A DNA stretch of 64,000 bases from Thermomicrobiales bacterium. GTDB lineage: Bacteria > Chloroflexota > Chloroflexia > Thermomicrobiales > CFX8. The notes under the pieces were generated by a model. That model searched no databases and was not told where the DNA came from. It was given only the letters and a program-made list of their open reading frames with translations. The DNA lies in assembly GCA_041390865.1 (NCBI GenBank), contig JAWKPC010000002.1:68031-132030 (forward strand), read 5' to 3'. Within the stretch, counting starts at the first letter, position 1, and each line of letters begins with the position of its first letter. This document shows, one piece after another, positions 37,801 to 44,922 of this stretch. Position numbers and translations under genes: made by a program.

Positions 37801-38009
37801 ACAGCCGGCTCAAGGAGAAGCTCGGCAGCCTCGCCTACATGATCGACGAAGGCGACGCCGCCCCGACCTTCGGCAGCTACGAGGTCTACGAACAGCTCCG
37901 CTACCGCGTCGACGCGCAGCAGGACATCTTGCGGCGGATTGTTGACGAGGATGTGCCGGCGTTCAACCGGGTTGTCCGGGAGGCCGGAGTGAAGGCGGTG
38001 GAGGTGTAG
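34860..38009 (+). CDS. BNR/Asp-box repeat (sortilin/Vps10- or GH74-like beta-propeller) protein, paralog 1
   Basis: Repeated S-x-D-x-G-x-T-W motifs are present (TTDGGQYW, STDGGRTW, SKDGGETW, TADGGDTW, SDDSGRTW, SIDGGKTF...). ATG 34860 follows GGAGAGGGAAAG. No signal peptide is seen. Confidence 0.8.
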   Translation: MDSKLLQSLEWRSVGPFKGGRSVAVAGHPTERDTYYFGACAGGVWKTTDGGQYWENISDGYFNTSAIGALAVSKADPNVIYAGTGETAIRGNVSHGDGVYKSTDGGRTWKNVGLKDTRHIGDIEIHPDNPDLVYVAALGHAWGPNEERGVYRSKDGGETWEKVLYKSDRAGSHDISMDPNNPRIIYAAIWEAQRYPHKLVSGGPDCGLWKTADGGDTWEDITDRLGFEGTIGKIGVAVSGADGNRVYAVVEHEEGRLVRSDDSGRTWQKLSDDPDLRRRAWYYMHIYADPTDVDTVWVLNMPQKKSIDGGKTFHEVPTPHGDNHDLWIDPNDPQRIINGNDGGACVSYNGGVTWSSLHNQPTAQYYHVTADNRDPYWIYGSQQDNTATAIPSLSFDGAITRGDWIEPGAGESGYIAIQPVEPGLVFGGGIGSGVGDGRLLSWNPKTHQIRNVTVWPETHGMGAGAEQQKYRFQWTFPIEWSAHNPHVIYTCGNVVFRSADYGTSWEPISPDLTRNDPDKLKPSGGPITRDNTGAERYCTIFSFRESPHEEGVFWAGSDDGLIHISRDGGESWQNITPPSDLLPEWSLISIIEPSPHSPSAAYVAATRYKLDDTTPYLLKTNNYGETWQLITSGIPDDDFTRTIREDPARRGLLYAGTETGVYVSFDDGGSWQPIQLNLPVVPIHDLIIKNGDLVAATHGRSFWILDDLSPLHQMQDGLSGRAAHLFMPRPTTRYRIYSGFGNDPTSEYVNFTFSGPGYSSYRQSEQPDGTTTKVLLDAGQNPPDGVVFHYLLKDEPGDEIKLTILDSTGNVVNSFSSKQEKKGDTKLPAKAGANRFVWNMRGKSADPLEEEGEGDIFASFMANALAAWALPGSYTARLEAAGTTLEVQFEIVPDPRGTASEQDLKAQHDLKLKIRDTVSDVHNALNEIRDLRSSIDEWVERANLHGENRAVSDAALQLKTKLETVENELVQKKAASPLSYDSRLKEKLGSLAYMIDEGDAAPTFGSYEVYEQLRYRVDAQQDILRRIVDEDVPAFNRVVREAGVKAVEV

Positions 38010-38020
38010 GAATTCGAAGA

Positions 38021-38062
38021 GGCTCCCTCCCCTAACCCCTCCCTCGAAACCGAGGGAGGGGG
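38021..38062. repeat. GC-rich palindromic repeat family 1, copy A (inverted orientation)
   Basis: GGCTCCCTCCCCTAA + CCCCTCCCTCGAAACCGAGGGAGGGG. Its left 26 nt are the exact reverse complement of the right end of copy B. Confidence 0.85.
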
Positions 38063-38113
38063 ATCTGGACGGTACGGATGAGTTTCACTGGGAGTCTGCT
38101 GTCTGGAACTGTT

Positions 38114-38154
38114 CCCCTCCCTCGAATTCGAGGGAGGGGTTAGGGGAGGGAGCC
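38114..38154. repeat. GC-rich palindromic repeat family 1, copy B
   Basis: CCCCTCCCTCGAATTCGAGGGAGGGG + TTAGGGGAGGGAGCC. Confidence 0.85.
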
Positions 38155-38160
38155 TCCCGG

Positions 38161-38547
38161 ATTTCTCGACGTAAGTCCCGCTACCGCCGGACCACTGAAG
38201 AACTCGACGCCTTCGCCCGCCAGCTCCGAAAGCGCTCAACACCCGCTGAGCAGATGCTCTAGTCCGCCCTCCGCCGCAAACAACTTGACGGTCTCAGATT
38301 CCGCCGCCAGATCGCCTTCGAAAGCTACATCGTCGACTTTGTCTGTACCGACAAACGACTGATCATCGAAGTTGATGGCGATGTCCATGACGAGCAGATG
38401 GACTACGATGCCGCTCGGACGGAGCACTTGGAGCAGTATGGGTATCAGATACTCCGATTTCGAAATGACCAGGTGCTGAACGATCTGGGAACGGTCCTAG
38501 AGTCGATTCGGAGTGCTGCTCAATCACGAGAAGCTGATAGCAAGTAA
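38161..38547 (+). pseudogene. DUF559 (Vsr-like endonuclease domain) gene remnant with an in-frame TAG and no canonical start codon
   Basis: It translates as ...ARQLRKRSTPAEQML*SALRRKQLDGLRFRRQIAFESYIVDFVCTDKRLIIEVDGDVHDEQMDYDAARTEHLEQYGYQILRFRNDQV. TAG 38260-38262 sits where the family has the conserved Trp (TGG). Confidence 0.7.
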
Positions 38548-38568
38548 CTCACCACCAACGCTATGATC

Positions 38569-38609
38569 CCCCTCCCTCGAATTCGAGGGAGGGGACAGGG
38601 GAGGGAGCC
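38569..38609. repeat. GC-rich palindromic repeat family 1, copy C
   Basis: CCCCTCCCTCGAATTCGAGGGAGGGG + ACAGGGGAGGGAGCC. The GGGAG tail lies ~10 nt before ATG 38618 and may act as its Shine-Dalgarno. Confidence 0.85.
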
Positions 38610-38617
38610 CTCTTAAC

Positions 38618-41600
38618 ATGCCAACCAACCAAATCGCATCCATGCGCTACCGCAACATCGGTCCAACGCGCGGAGGCCGCGTCGTTGCCGTCGCCGGTGA
38701 TCCGGTCAACAAGGCCGTCTTCTACTTCGGGTCGACTGGCGGCGGGGTCTGGAAGACGGATGACGCCGGGACAACCTGGCGAAACGTCTCCGACGGCTTC
38801 TTCGAATGGGCCTCGGTCGGAGCGCTGGCGGTCGCGCCGTCGGACACGAACGTGATCTATGCCGGGATGGGCGAGACGACGATCCGTGGCAACGTCTCGC
38901 GCGGCGACGGCATCTACAAGTCAACCGACGCCGGGCGGACCTGGCAGCAGATGGGGCTGTCCGAGACGCAGAACATCGGCTCGATAGTCGTCCATCCGAC
39001 GAACCCGGATGTGCTCTACGTCGCTGCGTTCGGGCATGTCTGGGGGCCGAATCAGGAGCGTGGACTCTACCGATCGACGGACGGCGGCGCGAACTGGGAG
39101 CGGGTGCTCTTCATCAGCGACAAGGCTGGTGCGCTAGATATCGCGATGGACCCGACGAACCCGCGGATTCTATTCGTTTCGACCTGGGAAGCCGGGCGGA
39201 CGCCCTACAGCCTGAACAGCGGCGGGCCGGGGAGCGGGATCCACCGCTCCACCGATGCCGGGGAAAGCTGGGAATTGCTGAACGACAAGCCGGGGATGCC
39301 GCAGGGTGTCCTTGGGAAGATCGGCGTCGCTATCGCTGCCGGTGGCGGCCGGGTCTACGCGATCATCGAGGCCGAGAAGGGCGGGCTCTACCGCTCCGAG
39401 GACAACGGCGAGACCTGGGCGCTGAAGGATGACGACCCGAACATCATCCAGAGGCCGTGGTACTGGATGCACATCATTGCTGACCCGCAGGATCCGAACA
39501 CAGTCTGGCTGCCGAGCTACGATCTGCTGAAATCGATCGACGGCGGAGAGAGTTTCACCCCGATCGCGACAACCCACGCCGACAACCACGGGCTCTGGAT
39601 CGACCCTGAGGACAGCAACAGGATGATCCAGGGCAACGACGGCGGAGCATGCGTGACCTTCAATGGCGGGTTGAGCTGGTCGACGATCTACAACCAGCCG
39701 ACGGCCGAGTTCTATCACGTCACGACCGACACCCGGACTCCCTACCGCGTCTATGGCGCCCAGCAGGACAATACGACGCTGAGCGTGCCAAGCCAGTCGG
39801 AAGGCACCGCGATCAATTTCACCGAGTGGGAGGTCATCGGCGGCGGCGAGTCGGGCTACATCGCCGTCCGGCCCGACAACCCCGACATCATCTTCGCCGG
39901 CAGCTACCAGGGCCTGTTGACTCGCTACAACCACGGCACAGGGCAAGTTAAGAACATCACCGTCTGGCCGGAAAACTGGTCCGGCCACGCCGCCGGCGAG
40001 TGGAAGTACCGCTTCCAGTGGACGGCCCCGACCGTGCTCTCACCACACGATCCGAACGTGCTCTATACCGGCGGCAACATGGTCTTCAAGTCGACCAACG
40101 AGGGCCAGAGCTGGCAGGCGATCAGCGACGATCTGACCCGGGCTGACCCGGAGACGCTCGGCCCCACCGGCGGCCCGATTAGCAAGGACATGACCGGCGC
40201 TGAGGCCTACGCAACGGTGTTTGCCATCGCCGAGTCGCCGGTCGAACAGGGTACGATCTGGACTGGCTCCGACGACGGCCTGATCTGGCTTTCCCGGGAC
40301 GGCGGCGCGGGTACCCGCGAGCGGGTGTGGAGCAACGTCACGCCGGGTCCGGACCTGCTGCCGGAGTTCTCGCTAATCTCGATCATCGACCCCTCGCCAC
40401 ACGACGCCGCGACCTGCTACGTCGCCGCGACCCGCTACAAGTCGCACGACGACACGCCCTACCTGCTCAAGACAACGGACTATGGCGAGTCCTGGAATCT
40501 GATCACGAACGGCATCCCGGAGCGCGAATTCACGCGAGTTATTCGCGAAGATACCGAAGTGCCGGGCCTGCTCTACGCCGGGACCGAGCGCGGTATGTGG
40601 GTGTCGTTCGATGGTGGCGAAAATTGGGAGTCGCTGAAGCTCAACCTGCCGGTGGTGCCGATCCACGACTTCGTCATCAAAGATGGCGATCTGGTCGTCG
40701 CCACCCACGGTCAGGGATTCTGGATCATCGATGACCTCAGCCCGCTACGGCAGCTTGCACGCGGAGAAGTGAACGAGGGCGGCGCCACGTTGTTCAAACC
40801 CCGCGACACGATCCGCTGGCTGCGCTACGGCGGCTTCGGCCACGCGCCGATCGAGGGACGCAATTACCGCATGGCCAGCGGTCTGGTTGTGACCTTCGAC
40901 CGCCAGGCCGACAAGCATGGACGTTACAGCGAGACCTACATCGATGCCGGTGACAATCCCGACGATGGCGTGGTGATCCACTACTATCTCGACGAAGATC
41001 CCGGCGATCGCGAGGCGTCGATCGCTATCGGAGATGCGGATGGCAGCGAGATCATTCGCTTCTCGAACAAGGCAGAGAAGGACAAGTTGAAGCTCCATCC
41101 CGAACGGGGCAGCAACCGTTTCGTCTGGAACTTCCGCTACCCGGACGCGACCGAGATCAAGGATGACGAAATCGCGAAGGGGCTCATCGGCGGGCCGAAG
41201 GCCGGGCCGGGCGATTACACCGTAACCCTCTCGGTCGGAGATCAGACGGAGTCCCAGAGCTTCGCGGTCCTCGCCGATCCGAGGCTCGATGCGTCGGCTG
41301 AGGACCTTCAAGCCCAGTTCGACTTGCAGCTCAAGATCCGGGACAAGCTGTCTGAGGTTCACGAGGCCGTCGGCACGATCCGCCGGATGCGAAGCCAGGC
41401 CGAGCGCTGGATCTCGCGCACGGATACCGAGGCTGTGCAACAGGCAGGCGAGGCCCTGATCGGGAAGCTCGACGACATCGAGCGCAACCTCGTCCAGGTC
41501 CGCGCCAGGAGCGCCAAGGACCGGCTCAAGTTCCCGGTCAAGCTCAACTACAAGCTCAGCTCGCTGATGGGCGTCGTCGGCTCCGCCGAGGGCCGTCCGA

Positions 41601-41743
41601 ACGAGCAATCGTATGCCCTGTTCGACGATCTTTCCGATCGCGCAGACGAGCAGCTCTCCCGGCTTGAGGTTGTGAAATCCAACGAGCTTGCGGCGTTCAA
41701 TCGTGCCGTCCGGGAGGCGAGATTCCATGCTATAGGGCAATGA
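38618..41743 (+). CDS. BNR/Asp-box repeat beta-propeller protein, paralog 2
   Basis: Colinear with paralog 1 over its whole length (GGVWKTDDAGTTW, STDAGRTW, STDGGANW, STDAGESW, SEDNGETW, SIDGGESF...). No signal peptide is seen. Confidence 0.8.
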   Translation: MPTNQIASMRYRNIGPTRGGRVVAVAGDPVNKAVFYFGSTGGGVWKTDDAGTTWRNVSDGFFEWASVGALAVAPSDTNVIYAGMGETTIRGNVSRGDGIYKSTDAGRTWQQMGLSETQNIGSIVVHPTNPDVLYVAAFGHVWGPNQERGLYRSTDGGANWERVLFISDKAGALDIAMDPTNPRILFVSTWEAGRTPYSLNSGGPGSGIHRSTDAGESWELLNDKPGMPQGVLGKIGVAIAAGGGRVYAIIEAEKGGLYRSEDNGETWALKDDDPNIIQRPWYWMHIIADPQDPNTVWLPSYDLLKSIDGGESFTPIATTHADNHGLWIDPEDSNRMIQGNDGGACVTFNGGLSWSTIYNQPTAEFYHVTTDTRTPYRVYGAQQDNTTLSVPSQSEGTAINFTEWEVIGGGESGYIAVRPDNPDIIFAGSYQGLLTRYNHGTGQVKNITVWPENWSGHAAGEWKYRFQWTAPTVLSPHDPNVLYTGGNMVFKSTNEGQSWQAISDDLTRADPETLGPTGGPISKDMTGAEAYATVFAIAESPVEQGTIWTGSDDGLIWLSRDGGAGTRERVWSNVTPGPDLLPEFSLISIIDPSPHDAATCYVAATRYKSHDDTPYLLKTTDYGESWNLITNGIPEREFTRVIREDTEVPGLLYAGTERGMWVSFDGGENWESLKLNLPVVPIHDFVIKDGDLVVATHGQGFWIIDDLSPLRQLARGEVNEGGATLFKPRDTIRWLRYGGFGHAPIEGRNYRMASGLVVTFDRQADKHGRYSETYIDAGDNPDDGVVIHYYLDEDPGDREASIAIGDADGSEIIRFSNKAEKDKLKLHPERGSNRFVWNFRYPDATEIKDDEIAKGLIGGPKAGPGDYTVTLSVGDQTESQSFAVLADPRLDASAEDLQAQFDLQLKIRDKLSEVHEAVGTIRRMRSQAERWISRTDTEAVQQAGEALIGKLDDIERNLVQVRARSAKDRLKFPVKLNYKLSSLMGVVGSAEGRPNEQSYALFDDLSDRADEQLSRLEVVKSNELAAFNRAVREARFHAIGQ

Positions 41744-41801
41744 GGATTAAAGGTAAAGTCGGAATATCCTCAACGATGGTGGACGAGAGTCTCCGATTCG
41801 G

Positions 41802-41896
41802 TAGAGACGTGCCGGCGGCGCGTCTCGGCACGGAACCCTTCGATGTCCCGTGAAGCATCGCTGTTGATCATGAGACGCGCCGCCGGCACGTCTCTA
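41802..41896. repeat. Perfect 25-nt inverted repeat pair of the GAGACG...CGTCTC palindrome family
   Basis: TAGAGACGTGCCGGCGGCGCGTCTC (41802-41826) pairs with GAGACGCGCCGCCGGCACGTCTCTA (41872-41896) across a 45-nt spacer. It lies between the BNR2 stop and the next gene and may act as a terminator. Confidence 0.8.
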
Positions 41897-41919
41897 GGTA
41901 GTTGAAAGAGATGGAGACC

Positions 41920-42234
41920 ATGCCACTTCTATCAGTGAAGACGTTTCGGCCTCATCCAGGTAAAGAAGAAGAAACGCTGCAGCTCGTCCGGGACGCCCGG
42001 AGCGAGATGCTACGGGTGGACCCGAACCGGACGGTGCGCATATTCCAGGTGCCGCAGGGCGAGCACGCCGGCGAGGTGAGCATCATGATCGAGTACGCCG
42101 ACCGGGACGCCTTCAAGCGCATCCGGGCCAAGGAGCAGGCCGACCCTGGATGGCAGGCAATCGGCGAACGCGCCAACGGCCCCGACCGACCGGCCGAGAC
42201 CCTCTCCTACGATCAGATGGTTGAGGTCGAATGA
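41920..42234 (+). CDS. Small alpha+beta-barrel (ABM/Dabb-like) protein, tentative
   Basis: About 105 aa (LSVKTFRPHPGKEEE...VSIMIEYADRDAFKRI). A GGAG lies 4 nt before ATG 41920; alternative starts are 41902 and 41911. Confidence 0.4.
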   Translation: MPLLSVKTFRPHPGKEEETLQLVRDARSEMLRVDPNRTVRIFQVPQGEHAGEVSIMIEYADRDAFKRIRAKEQADPGWQAIGERANGPDRPAETLSYDQMVEVE

Positions 42235-42252
42235 CCGGGTGTCTCAGATGAC

Positions 42253-42334
42253 GGGGGAGTGAGGGGGACTCGAAGATTTCCCTCACCCCCGGCCCCTCTC
42301 CCACTACTCCGCTACGCTGCGTGGGGAGAGGGGA
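42253..42334. repeat. GC-rich repeat family 2, copy D (GTGAGGG/CCCTCAC hairpin plus CCCCTCTCCCAC/GTGGGGAGAGGGG hairpin)
   Basis: Read directly from the sequence. The segment ATTTCCCTCACCCCCGGCCCCTCTCCCAC is the near reverse complement of part of copy E. Confidence 0.75.
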
Positions 42335-42380
42335 GGAAGGCAAAAAGTCGGGTATCTATCCTGACTCCGTTGGATCGGTT

Positions 42381-42435
42381 CCCCCTCTCCCCGCGAAGCA
42401 GTGGGAGAGGGGGCCAGGGGGTGAGGGAAATCCCT
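42381..42435. repeat. GC-rich repeat family 2, copy E (inverted relative to D)
   Basis: CCCCCTCTCCCCGCGAAGCAGTGGGAGAGGGGGCCAGGGGGTGAGGGAAATCCCT. It abuts and overlaps the E2 stop codon. Confidence 0.75.
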
Positions 42436-43795
42436 ATCCGGCGATCATCCGCATCGGGTTCTCCAGCAGGCCCTTGAGGTGCTGGAGGAAGCGGGCGGAT
42501 TCTGCGCCGTCGGTGACGCGGTGGTCGGCAGCCAGGGTGACCTGCATCATGAATCGGGGCTCGAAGTCCTCCGCGTCGGCGTTCCAGACCGGTGTCATCT
42601 TCGCCGCGCCGACGGCCAGAATGGCAGCTTGCGGCGGGTTGATGACGGCGGTGAAGTGATCGACGCCGAACATCCCGAGATTCGAAATCGTGAACGTCCC
42701 GCCGGCATATTCTTCCGGCTTCAGCCCGCCCTCACGAGCCCGCTTCGCCATATCCTTCGTCGCCCGGGCAATCTCGCCGAGCGTCTTGTGATCGGTGTCG
42801 GCGATGAATGGGCTGATCAGCCCGTCCTCGATCGCGACGGCGAAGTTGACGTCGATCCGGTCGTGGATCTCTCGCTTCTCATCAACGAACGCCGAATTCA
42901 TGACCGGATATTTCCGTAGGGCGATCGCGGCAGCCTTGATCACCAGGTCGTTGACCGTGATCTCGCTCTCCGGCTCATCCAGCTCGGCGTTGATCTGACG
43001 CCGCAGATCCATCGCCTTGCCCATGTCGATCGACATCGTGATGAAAATGTGCGGAGCATCGCGGAACGACTGCTGCATCCGGCGGCCGATTGTCTGGCGA
43101 ATCCGGCTAAGCTCCTGCGGCTCCGCCGACGGACGGGCGGTAGGCTGGGCCGGAGCTTCGCTGACGACCCGCTCTTCTTCAGCCGGGGCTTCGGCGGGTG
43201 CCTGCTCCTCCACACGGCGGGTCGGCACTTCGATCTCGCCGTCAACATACGGCTGAATATCCCGCTTGACGATGCGGCCGTGCGGGCCGCTGCCGTCAAC
43301 CTGAGCCAGATCGATCGAGTGCTCCTCAGCCAGCCGGCGGACCAGCGGCGAGGCGCGGATGCGGTCGCCCGACGGCGTCTCCATGATTGATGGCTGCGGC
43401 TCATCGCGTGGCTTCGGCTGGGTTGCCGATTCTGCCTCTTCATCTTCGGCCTGCCCGGTAGGCGGCGCCTCGGCAGGCTGTACTTCTGCTTCTTCGGTCG
43501 TCTCGGCGCCGTTCGAGGAAACGGTCTCCGCTTCCGGAACGTCCTCGATCTCTTCGCCGGGATCGCCAATGATGGCAATAATCTCGCCGACCGGAACGGT
43601 GTCGCCCTCGCCGATGAGCGTCTTGGCAAGCACTCCCGAGTCGAACGCCTCGATCTCAATGTTCACCTTGTCGGTCTCGATCTCGGCGATCGGTTCCCCG
43701 CGTTCGACCTCGTCGCCGGGCGATTTCAGCCAACGCAGCAGGGTGCCGGCGTCCATGTCGTAGCCCATCTGGGGCATCAATACGTTCTTAGCCAC
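42434..43795 (-). CDS. 2-oxoacid (pyruvate-type) dehydrogenase E2 dihydrolipoamide acyltransferase
   Basis: Lipoyl domain EIETDKVNIEIEA, E3/E1-binding domain ASPLVRRLAEEHSIDL, and catalytic DHRVTDGAESARFL. Confidence 0.9.
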   Translation of the reverse strand: MAKNVLMPQMGYDMDAGTLLRWLKSPGDEVERGEPIAEIETDKVNIEIEAFDSGVLAKTLIGEGDTVPVGEIIAIIGDPGEEIEDVPEAETVSSNGAETTEEAEVQPAEAPPTGQAEDEEAESATQPKPRDEPQPSIMETPSGDRIRASPLVRRLAEEHSIDLAQVDGSGPHGRIVKRDIQPYVDGEIEVPTRRVEEQAPAEAPAEEERVVSEAPAQPTARPSAEPQELSRIRQTIGRRMQQSFRDAPHIFITMSIDMGKAMDLRRQINAELDEPESEITVNDLVIKAAAIALRKYPVMNSAFVDEKREIHDRIDVNFAVAIEDGLISPFIADTDHKTLGEIARATKDMAKRAREGGLKPEEYAGGTFTISNLGMFGVDHFTAVINPPQAAILAVGAAKMTPVWNADAEDFEPRFMMQVTLAADHRVTDGAESARFLQHLKGLLENPMRMIAG

Positions 43796-43878
43796 GTCTC
43801 GTTATCCCTTCGGTAGGGAAGAGGAAAAGGTGAGCTGCCGCTTCCCTCGTCCCTGTTCCCTTCCATCTGTTGCCCACG

Positions 43879-44922
43879 CTACGCAAGCGCCTGGCGAACT
43901 GCCTCGATGACCTCATCCTTACCCGGGATTACCAGGCGTTCGAGGTTCCGGGCGTACGGCATCGGCACTTCCAGCGCGCCAACCCGTCCGACCGGGGCAT
44001 CCAGCCAGTCAAAAGCATCTTCCTGAATTCGTGCCGCGATCTCGGCGCCGAGACCCATCGTCCGCCAGGATTCCTCGACGACGACGGCCCGGTTCGTCTT
44101 CTTGACCGATTCGATCACCGTCTCGGTATCGAGTGGGCGCAGAACGCGCATGTCGATCACTTCACACGAGATGCCGTGCTCTTCTTCGAGTTCCTCCGCC
44201 GCGCCGAGCGCCAGAATCGCACCGCGCGACCAGGAGATCAGGGTAACGTCCTTGCCCTCGCGGCGGACTTCCGATCCTTCGAGAGGAAGGGTGTATTCCT
44301 CTTCCGGCACGGGACCGCGGTTCCGGTAGATCAGTGAATGTTCGATGAAGAGAACCGGGTCCTGCCCGCGAATGGCCGATTTGAGGAAGCCCTTGGCATC
44401 CAGCGGCGTCGAGGGCATAACCACCCGCAACCCCGGAATGTGGGCGAACCAGCCTTCGAAGGTTTGCGAGTGCGTCGCGCTGAGCTGCCCCCAGCCGGAG
44501 GCCGTCCGCACAACGAGCGGCGCGTTGAACTGCCCGCCAAACATGTAGCTGATCTTGGCGGCGTGATTGACGATCTGGTCGATGGCGAGCAGAGCGAAGT
44601 TGATCGTCATCAACTCCATGACCGGCCGGACGCCAGCCATTGCGGCACCGGTCGCAACACCGACCATGCCAAGCTCGGAGATCGGCGTGTCGATGACACG
44701 CTCGCGTCCCCACTCTTCCTGGAATCCGCGTGTGACGACGTAGGAGCCGCCGTAGGCGCCGATATCCTCACCCATCAGGAGGACGTTGTCGTCCCGGGTC
44801 ATCTCCTCGGTCAAAGCCTCCTGGAGCGCCTGACGGTAGGTGATTTCCCGGATCCCGTCCTCGTCGATGCGTTGAAGCTGATCTTCCTCGAGCGATTTGA
44901 GATCCGCCAGTGTGCTAGCCAC
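43879..44922 (-). CDS. 2-oxoacid dehydrogenase E1 beta subunit
   Basis: ITYRQALQEAL...VLLMGEDIG..YGG...RVIDTPISE. GTG 44922 has a GGAAGGAG 7-8 nt upstream and overlaps the E1alpha stop by 8 nt. The 403-aa track ORF is over-extended. Confidence 0.85.
   Translation of the reverse strand: MASTLADLKSLEEDQLQRIDEDGIREITYRQALQEALTEEMTRDDNVLLMGEDIGAYGGSYVVTRGFQEEWGRERVIDTPISELGMVGVATGAAMAGVRPVMELMTINFALLAIDQIVNHAAKISYMFGGQFNAPLVVRTASGWGQLSATHSQTFEGWFAHIPGLRVVMPSTPLDAKGFLKSAIRGQDPVLFIEHSLIYRNRGPVPEEEYTLPLEGSEVRREGKDVTLISWSRGAILALGAAEELEEEHGISCEVIDMRVLRPLDTETVIESVKKTNRAVVVEESWRTMGLGAEIAARIQEDAFDWLDAPVGRVGALEVPMPYARNLERLVIPGKDEVIEAVRQALA

Noticed and set aside
38021-38609. Three copies of a ~41-nt palindromic repeat that could be mistaken for a small CRISPR array.
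   Set aside because: The copies are in mixed orientation. Spacings are irregular (51 nt and ~414 nt). The larger 'spacer' is a DUF559 gene remnant. No cas genes are present.
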